64,000 nucleotides of DNA from Octopus bimaculoides (Eukaryota): NCBI RefSeq assembly GCF_001194135.2, contig NC_068990.1, positions 59,173,386 through 59,237,385 on the forward strand. The letters run 5' to 3'. The stretch's first letter is position 1, and every line of letters begins with the position of its first letter. Below, piece after piece: positions 51,715 through 64,000 of the stretch. The position numbers and the translations under genes were made by a program. The notes below the pieces were generated by a model that was given only the letters and a program-made list of their open reading frames with translations, had not been told where the DNA came from and did not search any database.

Positions 51715-51840
51715 CCAACCACTTGGTTTTAGTTCAATCCCACTGCATGGTACTTTGGCAAGAGTCTTCTGCCATAGCCCCAAGCTGTCCAAACTTCGTG
51801 AGTGGATATGGTTGATGGAAACTAAATCCCATTGTGTGTG
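51715..51840 (+). mobile_element. SINE family A head
   Basis: gttcaatcccactgcatggtactttggcaagagtcttctgccatagccc. Confidence 0.75.
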
Positions 51841-51861
51841 TGTGTGTGTGTATATATGCAC

Positions 51862-51927
<66 letters not shown>

Positions 51928-53932
51928 TGTGTGTAGGTAGGTAGGTATGGTTATGTGAATGAGAAGTTTGTTTCCCAACCACATGGTTCTGTGTTCAGTC
52001 ACACTATGACACCTTGTGAATCAATTTGGTAGACAGGAGCTACATACATACATACATGTGTGTGTGTGTGTGTGTGTGATTGTGTTTTCATATCTTGGCA
52101 TTGTGAGTGTTACTGACATACAAACAGTATCATTCATTTCCATTACTCTGTGAAAAACATGCCTTGCAGAAATATTACCTGGCTTGAAAATAGGTGAAAG
52201 GTTGTGACAGGAAGGGCATCTGGCTTTAGAAAAATTTGCCTCAACAAACTGTGTCTGAGTGGATATTAGAACAATGATGTATATGCATGTACTCATGTGA
52301 GTTTTATTTCCTTTGCCTTCTTGTTGTTTGCATGATGGTTGTGAACAGTGGCCTTGCTGATTGCAGTTCTGAAAAATCATGACCGTGCTTCTTGATAGGT
52401 TATGAAATGTTGCATGAGTTTTGTAAAGAAAAAGGCTCAGTCATAAGGTGTCATTTGTTTCCTGTTATCCATGTAACCATGTCCAGGTTGTTGTTTAATA
52501 GACTAGGAGAATATAATTACCTCACTTTGAAACAAGTGAGCTTTGATGATAGTAAGGGCATCTGGCTATAGAAAATGGTATTTCAATGTACTTTTGTCTG
52601 ACCAATTTAATTGTAGAAAATAGATGGTAAGATGATGTTAATGATGTATATTAAATTGTAAACAGTGTTACTGATAACTTATCCACTTACCTCTGTTCAC
52701 ATTGTCCTTTAAGGGGTCACCTGGGCATCTCATTGCCACTCTCTAGTTCTTTGCATCTGATAATTTTTCTTTTATCTTTCCCCTCTTCTACTAAAATGTG
52801 AGTAACCATGCAGATCCTCTACAAAAAGCTGTTCTAACCACCCATTTATTATAGTTTAATTTCCTAGCATAAAACCAATCCCTACCTTCCCTAGACTTCG
52901 TAGTCCCCAATCCCTACCATCCCTTGGGTTTGTAGTCCTGTGATCTGCATGGCAACTTCAATAGTGCAGGTGACATATAAAATGCACCAAGTACGTGCTG
53001 TAAAGTGGTTGGTATTAGGAACGGAATCTAATTGTAGAAACCCTGCTATGGTCGACACAGTGCAGTCCTTGGATCTGTCGGATCCTGTCAAACTGTCCAA
53101 CCCTTGGCAGCATGAGACATGGATGTTAAATGATGATGATGATCTTTCAAGGAAAGGTATTCAAATATTTTTAGTGCTATGAATGATTTGCAGGTAATAT
53201 GATATTGTATTTATCAATTCTCCTGACAATTTTTTATCTAGAGCATTACTGTATATTGTGAAAATTAGTTTAAACTGACTGTGGCAATAATGGGTTTATA
53301 TATAGAGTAGAATTTAAGTTAAAACCATTCACAGATGAAAAAAAAAAGAAATCACCAGCAGTAAAAGTTTACAAATACTTTTTATTTGCAAGTAATTATA
53401 AAATTATCTATAATATGTATTCATCTAACCCATGCTAGCAGGGAAAAAATAAATGCAAAGCAAATGAATGAACAAATGATTCAACTTAAAGTCATGAGAT
53501 ATAACGATCTATTTACATAAAATGTAACTATATATTTTTCAAATATCTTAAAATTATTCAATAACAATCCTCTGTTGAAATATTCTCTTTATGCATCATA
53601 TATTAAATGATAAAACTGCCATATTTCAACAAACATAAATGCATTTAATCTCTGTTGATCAAAGATTTTCAATTCACTGAATCACATATGTGAGACTCTA
53701 CCATATAAATACATTTAGATTTAAAACATTTTGATATCAAAATTAATAGCATTAAAGCTGGTTCTCAATTTTTTTCTTTTTCTGTATTTCTTGGATAATA
53801 GCAAACCTGAAACAAATATTCTCTCTGTCTATGAGATATCCTATTTCTTCTCAATTATATTTTTTTGATAAAAGCAATTTATTTTTAATTTAATGTACTG
53901 GAATTTTCATGTTATCAGTAAAATATAAGTGG

Positions 53933-54165
53933 ATTGCAGAGTACCGAAAGCATGAGTTCCACTGGGTTGGACATATTGTAAAGTTCACAGACAACAGGTG
54001 GATCTGTGCAGTTGCTGAGTGGTATCCAAGAGATTAGAAAAGGCTATGTGGAAGGTCTCTGCAACTACTGTAAGATGATCTCGTCAAGCAATTTGGGTCA
54101 TGATGGAAAAGAATAGTGCAATCAAGATAGAACTGGAAATGCATTATGACCAGAAGTGTATAACA
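53933..54165 (+). mobile_element. RTE LINE RT C-terminal fragment (second lineage)
   Basis: Translates FHWVGHIVKFTDNRWICAVAEWYPRD*KR..GR..*DDLVK. Confidence 0.75.
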
Positions 54166-54287
54166 GCATCAGATGGTCTGGTCGATACTGTAATAAGTGG
54201 AAAAAGTCTAACACTTGAACCCAACCCTGACATGCTAATGATTCTGCCAGCTTGCTGCCTCAGTAATAAATAATATTACCAAATTCT

Positions 54288-54462
54288 AACTCACATGGGC
54301 ATGTTTACAAAGTCAGGAAACAGCACAGCTCCCATGACTTTCAGAAACATTTTTTCACACTCAGAGTTGCTGAAGCATGGAACAAACTACCTTGTTAGTT
54401 GCTGAGACATCACATCCTTTAAAACCTCCATGCTCCCTGAAATTCACCAACACTACACCTGA
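54288..54462 (+). mobile_element. CR1-like LINE 3' end
   Basis: Translates HGHVYKVRKQHSSHDFQKHFFTLRVAEAWNKLP. Confidence 0.75.
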
Positions 54463-54497
54463 TAGCACCCCCACCTCTGTACACATGCACACATGTA

Positions 54498-54906
54498 CAT
54501 GCTCAAATCAAGTGGTCCTGGTTCATTTTGGACATTACTCTTACTATGGCAGCTTTCAAAGAATCTTTGGTGTTATGGGCATGTTCATTGACTTCTCTCT
54601 CTCTCCACAATGCTTCACATGTAATAGTCCAATGGATTGAGATCTGAGGAATTAGGAAGCCAAATGTATGAAGTTATGTGATCATGAAAATTTTCAGCCA
54701 TCTATTCCTGTGTTACTAGAGCCATGTGCGATAGTGCAGAGTCTTACTGAAACACATATGGCCCTCCATTGCATACACTGTCTATCCAGGGCTTAATCAT
54801 TTCCAGGACCTCAATGTAGGTGGCAGAGTTAACTCTAAGGCCTTGTGGAAAGAAGTAAGGAGGCATCACATGTCCCACATTGCTGACAACTCTTAAAACC
54901 ATGAAG
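54498..54906 (-). mobile_element. Second DD37D (maT-like) transposase fragment
   Basis: Translates MVLRVVSNVGHVMPPYFFPQGLRVNSATYIEVLEMIKPWI..YVFQ*DSALSH..WLPNSSDLNPLDYY, with 37 residues between the second and third D. Confidence 0.85.
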
Positions 54907-57279
54907 TTCTTGTCAAAAGATTTCTTGGGGTGAGGCTAAAATTTGTTTGTTGCACATGAGTGCTCAATTTCTGTTTTTTAGACTTCAACAACATCAATAT
55001 TTGAATTGCAGCTATGTGCAGTTCAAGTTTTTGCAGCAGTTGCAGTTAATGATTATTTGCAGTACATTATCATTATCATCATTCAACATCGATTTTCCAT
55101 TCTGGCATGGGTTGGACAGTTTGAAAGAAGCTAGAAAGCTGGAGAGCCTCACCAGGTTCCGACTGTCTTCCTTTGGCATTGTTTCTACGGTTGGATATCC
55201 TTCCTAACACCAACTGTTTTACAGAGTGTACTGGGTGCTTTTTACATGGCACCAACACAAGTGCTTTCTATGTGGCACTAGCACAGGTGATTATTATGTG
55301 GCACCAACACAGGTGCTTATTATGTGGAACCAGCACAGGTGCTTTCTATATGGCATCAGCATGGAATACAGGAATTAAAAAAAGAGTAACAAAAAATTAT
55401 TAGTTTCCAGAAATGAGACAGGATGGAAAAAGGTTTAGAACTTCAACAATAACTGAACTGCTTGAAGAGCAAAACATCTTGATGAAATCTATCCTTCTCT
55501 GAGTTACAAGGAGAAAAAGAATGAGAAATGATACATCCTAGGATTGAAGCTATGCTGCAAACTCAGTTTTCTGGGAACTGGCTGCAATGTCACTGTCTCT
55601 AGATTTTGTGATTGTGAGTCTTCTTTCTCTTAAAAGAACATCCTGGTATTGTGGGTCAGTTTTTCCATAAAAGGAATTGAATTTGAGCAGAGTAAATTAC
55701 TAAATATATTTTGTCAAGTTCCCACACAGCACAGAGATTAGTAATAACTGGGAATTTATACTATCTTGTAGTATAACAAAATATTTAGAAGTGAACGCAG
55801 TGGAATTGAAACTGAAAAACATGTGGTTGTAAAGTGAAATTTTAACACACACACATGCACATGCATACATTTTATGGCTATGCCAGTGACTCAAATGCCT
55901 GCAGTTTGTTCCAGGGTACTTATGAAGCTAGATTTTTACAAGGGCTTTGACATAGTATGCTTTCTCACCTTCCCCATCCTCCTCCCTCCCTCCCTCCCTC
56001 CCTCCTCCTTGTCTCTCTTTTCCATGCCATAGCACTTGTTAAACTAAAATTTTCACAAGTACTTTGAGGCATACTGTAGGCCCTTATGTTATTGGCATAA
56101 GCTTGAAGTGTGTGTATGTTTGAGTGCATGTTCTTATTATGCATGTATCTCAGATGTCATCAAGTACAAAAACTGTAATTTTTCAATAATAGGCTAATTG
56201 CTAAGATTTTATACACTTACTGTATTTTGGAACTACAAACTGAACATTTGTTTGATGTTATCCAAACGTGTGTTTATATCAGTCCACACATTTAAGATAA
56301 ATTATGGTGATGTGTCAACATAATCGGCAGACATTTATCACATTACCTGTGTAAAACGAGATGACTTATCACCTATAAGGAATCCCCTTCACAGGGGATG
56401 TAAATTTAGTCTTTTATTGGTTGCTAGGATTTTATTACATGTTTGCTGCACACATGCACGCACCTGTGTATGTCTGTCTGTTTGTCACAATGAGCCAAAG
56501 AACATGGAAATATCAGTGACAATCAATGAAAACAAGGAATAATTCTTAATCCCAAACTTGACTCCTGACAGTCTATTCAGCTTCACTTCTCTCCCTCCTC
56601 CTCTTGCCTCCCTCTCTTGTCCATGCCCCAGCATGGTCCCAGTCAAATGACTGAAACAAGTAAAAGTTAAATGATAAATTGATTTATGTTTGAAATTTAG
56701 TTACAAAACTAGTCAGAATTCACAAATATTTTAGAATTTAATTGACATACATAGGCTTGTATTTTAGAAACAATAATGAAAGGGTTTAAATTCTTAAACA
56801 GAGAATAGTGTGATTTCATTATTATATGAACACATCAGACTTTAATATTCCTTGATATGTTGACAGGTGATGAAGAATTACAAATATCAGGCAAAAACTG
56901 GGTTAGAATTTTTTTTTTTTTTTGAAGCTCTGCCAAAATTGAGGCATGTTGTATATATTCATATGCTTTCAAGCTGTCAATTACGGGACCCCCTCCCCCA
57001 CATCATTAAAAGTTTAAAAGGCACATGAAGCACAACATTAGTTTTGGTGGGGCCTTTGAAATCAAAACTTAAAAAGCCCTTTTTTTGGCTGATATTTGTA
57101 GTCACCCCTCCCACACAAAACTATTGTGTGTGTGGGGGGGGGGGGCACATGTGATACTAAAATGTTGCTCAGAATACTAATCATAATAAAGATGATTATT
57201 ATACTTGCTGATCATCTTCTTGGGTGTTTTTTTTTCCCTTTAACTTAAATCCTTCTGCATAAAAAATATTTTGATTTCA

Positions 57280-57467
57280 AATTTTGACACAAAGCCAGCA
57301 ATTTCGGGGGAAGGGGTAAGTTGATTACATTGACCCCAATGCTCAGCTGATACTTATATTGACCCCAAAAGGATGTAAGGTAAAGTGGACCTTGGCAGAA
57401 TTTGAACTCAGACCATGAAGACAGATTGTTCCCAGCATGCTAATGATTCTACCAGCTCACTGCCTTA
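57280..57467 (-). mobile_element. SINE family B
   Basis: Family motifs. Confidence 0.8.
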
Positions 57468-58654
57468 TCTGTATAAAACGAATATTGCTGTTGATTCTAA
57501 GCTCACACCTCACTTTATGGTGCAAAATAGTGATGAAAACCAAATGTTGGTGTCAGAATTTAGAACAATAGTGAGACCATTAACAAGGTAAATAAATGAA
57601 TAAGCTATGAACAGAATTAAAAAAGAACTATGAAGAAATTACAATAACAACAACAATAATAATAAAAGTTGAAGATAAAAATGTTGTTTTAGTTTAAACT
57701 TTCCTCATTACAGACTTGATATTTGGACAGGTCACAGTTGGATATAATAGCTGAAGGAAAATAATTAATACTTCATTATCATTCTAATTACACTAGTGAG
57801 ACAAAAAGAAATGAGATGTTAATTAAAACGCGGAATACAATAGAGTCTGTGAGCTTGGATAAGTTCATATGTCTTGTGGAGAAAAGGATGCTAATATTTA
57901 TTAATGTATATAATTTTTGCTAACGCTGACCATCATTAGTTTCCTTGGACATCGTTTTTTTTTTGTTTTTGTTTTGATATTTGTTGAATACAATAGATAA
58001 ATTGTATTAGTTGCCTTATTTAATTAGTGTTGACTACTACTTCTATTACATCTGTGTTGTACCGTGAAATGTGTTCTGATAAATACTTGATAATATCCAT
58101 CAACATCTGTAGCCAAATTAGAAAGGCTATCATATGTTATTGAGACATGAGTTGACATTGTTTCACATCGGATACAGCAACATAACTTTTTTACTTTAAC
58201 TAGCAATTATTCGAATATGCTTACAATTAATCTCCAACCGTCTGGTTTAGCTGGTGTATTTAAGTATTTTAACAAAGATTTTTTTTTTCCTTCTTTTAAC
58301 CTTGAGAATCAAATAACATTAGTTCATTCTTTGATATAAGTGGAAGTAACACTTCCTTTGTATGTCATTGAAGTACCAGTTTTTTTTATCTATATCTTTA
58401 ATGTAAAACAGTTGAAAGAGTCTTTTTAATGGGGTCATACATTCGTGTATTTATGAGGCATAAATGTTGCATGGCCAAATGGTTAAGAGGTTTATTTTGC
58501 AATGAAGAGGCCTTTGGTTCAATACCACTGCATGGTATCTTAAGAAAGAATCTTTAACCTGAGCTTGAAACCAACCTGAGCTTTATGAGTGAAATTGAGT
58601 AGATGGATGCTGTGAGGAAGCTGTCTGATAGATTGTATCTAATTCAACAAGTCT

Positions 58655-59012
58655 TGCTTTGTTGTCATTGGATTGTGGCCATGCTGGGGGACCATCTTGA
58701 AGAGTTTAGTTGGACAAATCAACCCCAGTGCACACTTTTTAAAGTCTGGTACTTATACTTATTGTATCAATCATCTGGGTTACTGTGATGTCGACAAACC
58801 AACACTTTGATATCAAGTGGTGGTGGAGGACAAAAACATGCACACAAACACATATCTATACAAAGACTGGCTTCTTTCAATTTCCATCTATCAATTCACT
58901 CACAAGGTTGGCCCAAGGCTATATAGTAGAAGATACTTACCCAAGGTGTCATGCAGTGGGACTGAACCCAAAACCACATGGTTGGAAAGGAAACTTCTTA
59001 GCACACAGCCAT
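58655..59012 (-). mobile_element. SINE family A
   Basis: Family head and tail. Confidence 0.8.
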
Positions 59013-60499
59013 ACATCTTCCTGTAAAATAATTCTCAAAGAGAAACGGACTAAGATGCAGATCATGGTTCAGGAAAATTATACTCTTTGAATATCGACCC
59101 TGGTCAAGTCAATGACATTGGAATCAGTAGCCAAAATGTCAAGGATAGAAATGGACCTTTTTGGAATCATGTTGTGTTTGTGGATTGGTGTCACTGGCTT
59201 GTCTTCCTGTATTCCTGTGTATAGGTCTACAGCACTGGCTCCCAAATGGTGTTCTACAGCACAGTGTTTTTCCACTTTGCCTGGGAAATGCACCAATAAT
59301 TATTCGTTTGATCTTCAATGTACCACAGAATCAAAAGACCGAGAACCACTGCGCTATAGGATTAGAAGCGATCGAAGTTAAACAACAACAAACAACAGTA
59401 GACAGCAAATATAGCAATACTATTGATTATTCTATTTCTAGGTGTGTATGTATAGGTGTATATATGTGTGTGTGAATATGCACATACATACTGACAAACC
59501 TATATACATATGCACACACACACACACACACACACATATATGTTTGTCAGTATGTATTTGTGCTCTTTTCAGTTTATGTATCTGTTGGTATATATCTTTG
59601 AGGACAATGTTTATGATTGTCTTTTATGAGTGTGTGACTTATTCTGTGTGTTTGAGCACAAGAATTAGTTCTGGCACTAATGTACATGCATTACAAACCT
59701 GTAACTGATACCACTCTGATACCTATGCCCACCTCAAAGAGAGAGAGAGAGATAGAGGTAGAACATCTTTTCATTTTTGAAACCCGAAGGCATAAAACAA
59801 AAAAAGATCAAAGGTCAACAATAAACCATAACTTATTTGGATGCATGACTTTAAAACATGTATTGGCAGTTTCATTTATGAAACTCTCTCACACTTAATT
59901 TACTTCTCTTTGTGAATGCTTTGTTTTGTTTATCAATTTTCCTTATCAGTTTAAAAATAACTTTATGAAATTTTGCTTTTTACTCCACTACTACATACAC
60001 ATGCATGCTCGCGCACACACACATACACCTAATGGTAATTTCAACATGAAGAAATATCATGTTTCATATCAATTAAATTTACTTAGAGCAAACCAAACAA
60101 AAATTCAAGTGTTCATATTAAATACGAGGTTTGGTCTCATTGCGGTAGAATGTGAAGTTGGGGAAATTGGTATGCATGGCACATGGCTTGTTAGATGTCT
60201 TATGGCAAGCTTGAATGACTTATAACATTATTTCTACTGATTTATTTTTATATTACAACACTCGAATTGTTTGTTCCATCATGACTTGTTCAAAAGCTAG
60301 CTTTTGCCACATGTCACCACATGGAAGATAGGTTTCACATAAAACGTGAGAATATGTATCCAGTCATGCAGAAAATATTCTGTGTGTATTATAAATAGCT
60401 ACCATTTTTTCTGATATACAAATCAACATAGTGTTGTGAAACGTTCAGACATCATCATTATCTTTCCAAATCCTGTTGCGTTTCACATGGAATTTTTGG

Positions 60500-61136
60500 T
60501 CCTCTAAAATTGTCTTGAATGTATTGCCAAAGTAGCTACAATGAAGGCGGGCTCACTCCTTCATTTGAGGAGTTATCTCACACCTGAGACTATTCTTTAT
60601 CTTTAGAAGTCCATCATTTGCCCCTGCATTGAGTACTGTTGTCACATATGGGCAGGAGCTCCTGCGGATTGTTTAACTCTGTTGGACTGCATTCAGCACC
60701 ATATTTGTAACGTTATTAGTTTTAATCTATCTTCTAAATTGGATTCACTCTCTCATCGTCGTCATGTAGCTTCCTTGTCTCTTTTCTATAACTATTTCCC
60801 TGGACATTATTCAGCTGAGTTCTCTTCTTTGGTTTCTCCTTTAAGAACTTATCAGTGATCAACTAGACTTGCATCCAGTTCTCATCAGTATACTGTGCAA
60901 CCTCCTAAGTGTCGTAAAGTACTTTACAGTACCAGTTTCTTCCCTTGCACTTCTGAACTTTGGAATTCCTTTCCCCAGTCTTGTTTTCCTCTTCAATATG
61001 ACCTCTAGTCATTTAAGTCTAATGCACATCATCACCCCTTGACTTCTGTCTAGTGTCCATTTTATTCAAGTAGCTCTTACATTTTCAGTGGTGTAAGGAC
61101 CTTCTAACAAGCAATTGCTTTAAAAACAAAAACAAA
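60500..61136 (+). mobile_element. CR1/L2-group LINE 3' fragment (RT C-terminus, 3' UTR, A-rich tail)
   Basis: Translates L*KSIICPCIEYCCHIWAGAP..LLDCIQ..SLSHRRHVASLSLFY..SFFPCTSELWNSFP..YDL*SFKS; stop at 61051-61053. Confidence 0.85.
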
Positions 61137-61142
61137 GTTGAT

Positions 61143-61316
61143 CTAGTTCTATACTTAAGAGATGAGGAATTATGTGCATTATTTACATTCAACGGATATT
61201 TGTCCTCATCTTGTTTGTTGTTAACACAACATTTCGGCTGATATACCCTCCAGCCTTCTTCAGGTGTCTTGAGGAAATTTCGAACCTGGGTTCTCATTCC
61301 TAAGGTATTTTTTCAA

Positions 61317-61389
<73 letters not shown>

Positions 61390-61459
61390 GTTCAGGTCAT
61401 TGCTTGGAATTGAACTCGGAATCTTGGGGTTTAGTAGCCGGTGCTCTTAACCACTATGC
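61143..61459 (-). mobile_element. tRNA-like head, (AAT)n and hammerhead unit, homologous to the PLE 3' end at 42666-42906
   Basis: A box TAGCATAGTGG, B box GAGTTCAATTCC; then ...gacacctgaagaaggctggagggtatatcagccgaaatgttgtgtt... Confidence 0.85.
61223..61268 (-). ncRNA. Minimal type I hammerhead ribozyme motif
   Basis: GACAC-CUGAAGA-A-GGCUG gaggguauau CAGCC-GAAA-UG-UU|GUGUU. Core intact, extra A after A9, two-pair stem III. Confidence 0.7.
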
Positions 61460-61739
61460 TATAAGTGTGTGACTCTGAGAGCAGAATATGTTGAATAAAA
61501 TCATGATTAACTGATCCACCTGTATTTTCTTTTATCCAAAACCAGAAACTTTTCAGCACCCTCCCCCTGTCTGTGCACATGCATACATCTGTGCATGCAC
61601 ACACACACACACACACACACACACTGTGGCTTATAGTATGTGTGTTGTGTAATGGGACTGAACTGAAACCCCATGGCTGAGAGGCAAGTTTCCGAATCAC
61701 ACAGCCACAGCTGAAGCAACATTGGATGACATAGTCCTA

Positions 61740-62190
61740 GATATACAATGTCGTTGTTGTTGGTGGCTTTATCTTGTATCCATGAATTTAGTTTCTTCTT
61801 TGCTAAACACTTCCTTTATGGCAATGGTGTTGATCACTAAGTAGACAAATTCTTGCATGGAAGAGTCGATGGTATTAACTTCATGGTAATGTTGGTGGAG
61901 GACAAGGTGATTTTGTCAAGCCTTTCTCTCAAGTCCAGTGGCTCTCTGTATTGTTTTGAGTTGGTCCTTGTACCTTTGAAGAGGACAACCCCATGGTCTT
62001 TACTCTGAAGTGAACATGCTGAATAAAACTTTGGCATGGAACAAAGTATGGAAAGCAAAAATGATGGAATGGTCTTTACTACAATAACACCAACATCACC
62101 AACAATAATCTGGTTTACAGTTTTCGCTTTATGGTACTTGTTCCAACCCTTTAACCATTCATCCACCCATTGCTGTAAAAAAAGGAAAAA
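61740..62190 (-). mobile_element. Possible highly degenerate LINE RT remnant
   Basis: Weak echoes of RT motifs (IIVGDVGVIV; MQEFVYLV..KEVFSKRR). Confidence 0.25.
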
Positions 62191-62566
62191 AACAGCAATT
62201 ATTATTACAAGGTATTTATAGATTAGTTATATTAGAAACTGTTCTCCAAGAGCAGAGAGATCAAAAGGCTTTGCCACATTTCATTTGTGATAGCTTTGAT
62301 ATTATGAATTTGGTTCATTCATTGCCTAAAACCTGATGTTGGGCAGGCAAAAATTCATTCCACCATCCATTGAATAATAGACAATCAATAGTCATAACAA
62401 AATTTATTGGTACATTAAATGATTGGAGTATTGATCTTAATTGTCTTAAAAACTCTGAATAGATGTGGCAAGCAACAAATAGTGCAGCAGAGCTATGTAT
62501 ATATATATATAAATATATATATAGTGTGTACATATGTGCATGCATGTGTTATATATGTATATATAG

Positions 62567-62817
62567 GCATGGGAGTGGTTGTGTGGTAAGAAGCTTGCTT
62601 CTCAACCATTGGGTTCAATCCCACTGCGTGGCACCTTAGGCAGGTGTCTTCTACTATAGTTTTGGGCCCACCAAAGCCTTGTGAGTAGATTTAGTAGGTG
62701 GAAACTGAAAGAAGCCCGTTGCATACATATGTATGTATTTGTGTGTCTGTATTTGTATCCCCACCGTCGTTTGACAACCAATGTTGATGTGTTTACGTCC
62801 CTGTAACTTAGCGGTTT
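62567..62817 (+). mobile_element. SINE family A (3' part lost into microsatellite and gap)
   Basis: Near-consensus head. Confidence 0.85.
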
Positions 62818-62848
62818 GGTATATATATATATATATATAGATATAATG

Positions 62849-62896
<48 letters not shown>

Positions 62897-63334
62897 NNNN
62901 NNNNNNNNNNNNNNNNNNNNNNNNNNNNNNNNNNNNNNNNNNNNNNNNNNNNNNNNNNNNNNNNNNNNNNNNNNNNNNNNNNNNNNNNNNNNNNNNNNNN
63001 NNNNNNNNNNNNNNNNNNNNNNNNNNNNNNNNNNNNNNNNNNNNNNNNNNNNNNNNNNNNNNNNNNNNNNNNNNNNNNNNNNNNNNNNNNNNNNNNNNNN
63101 NNNNNNNNNNNNNNNNNNNNNNNNNNNNNNNNNNNNNNNNNNNNNNNNNNNNNNNNNNNNNNNNNNNNNNNNNNNNNNNNNNNNNNNNNNNNNNNNNNNN
63201 NNNNNNNNNNNNNNNNNNNNNNNNNNNNNNNNNNNNNNNNNNNNNNNNNNNNNNNNNNNNNNNNNNNNNNNNNNNNNNNNNNNNNNNNNNNNNNNNNNNN
63301 NNNNNNNNNNNNNNNNNNNNNNNNNNNNNNNNNN

Positions 63335-63382
<48 letters not shown>

Positions 63383-63471
63383 GCTGTATATGTGTGTATA
63401 TATATATGTGTGTGTGTGTGTATATAATTATATATATATATATATATATATATAATGTATGTGTTTGTATA

Positions 63472-64000
63472 TCATCTCATTTAATGTCCGCTTTCAATGC
63501 TGGCATGGGTTGGACGGTTTGACTGAGGACTGGAGAGCCAGATGGCTGCACCAGGCATCAATCTGATCTGGTAGAGTTTCTACAGATGGATGCCCTTCCT
63601 AATGCCAACCACTCTGAGAGTGTAGTGGGTGCTTTTACATGCCACTGGCACAAGGACCAGTCAGGCGGTACTGGCAACTGCCACGCTCAAATGGTGTTTT
63701 TTACGTGCCACCAGAAGCACTGGCAATGACCTCACTCGAATGTTGTTTTTCACATGCCACCGGGACAAGTGCTAGTAAGGCGATGCTGGCAACAATTACG
63801 CTTGAATGGTGGTTTTTACGTACCACTCGCATGGGAGCCAGTCAGCAGCCCTGGCAACGGTCATGCTTGGATGGTGCTATTAGCACTCCACTGGCATGGA
63901 TGCCAGTCATGCGGTGCTGTCATTGAATTTGATTTCGATTTCATTTGCCTCAACAGGTCTTCGCAAGCTGAGTTTAGAGTCCAATGAAGGAAAGGTATGT
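63472..64000 (-). mobile_element. RTE-type 3' UTR (family C) with several tandem units
   Basis: Tail plus repeated gtgccac...gccagtcaggcggtactggcaac units. Confidence 0.8.

Noticed and set aside
59078-59400. ORFs at 59078-59475 as an exon, NUMT or Tc1 fragment (FWNHVVFVD)
   Set aside because: Only a weak single-motif resemblance; multiple stops in all frames and no convincing family assignment.
50491-64000. Next SLCO coding exon (expected to start roughly CMYSM..FGP)
   Set aside because: Not found by eye; the intron probably extends beyond the window. A short exon hidden in the 62897-63334 gap cannot be excluded.

Overview
AT-rich animal genomic DNA with eight assembly gaps. It looks like a cephalopod (octopus-type) genome, inferred from the SINE families and microsatellite load rather than proven. 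Only one host coding exon is supported: a 1,032-nt exon (49459-50490, AG/GT bounded) encoding the N-terminal 304 aa of an SLCO/OATP organic-anion transporter of the Oatp30B/SLCO5A1-like type. I did not find the next coding exon in the window. The rest is intronic or intergenic and packed with repeats: several tRNA-derived SINE families; 3' fragments of RTE, CR1/L2 and HERO-like LINEs; a Penelope-like element (PLE) remnant with GIY-YIG; two DD37D (maT) Tc1/mariner transposase relics; hAT, piggyBac-type and Helentron-type MITEs; and microsatellites. The most notable items are: (i) minimal type I hammerhead ribozyme motifs at 7149-7190 (+) and 61223-61268 (-), the second inside a unit made of a tRNA-like head, (AAT)n and the hammerhead, which also forms the 3' end of the PLE at 42.7-43.6 kb; (ii) a ~200-bp palindrome at 31502-31699; (iii) inverted SINEs flanking the start-codon exon, whose length is a multiple of 3. 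Most repeat boundaries are read by eye and approximate; TSD/TIR and splice coordinates were counted.
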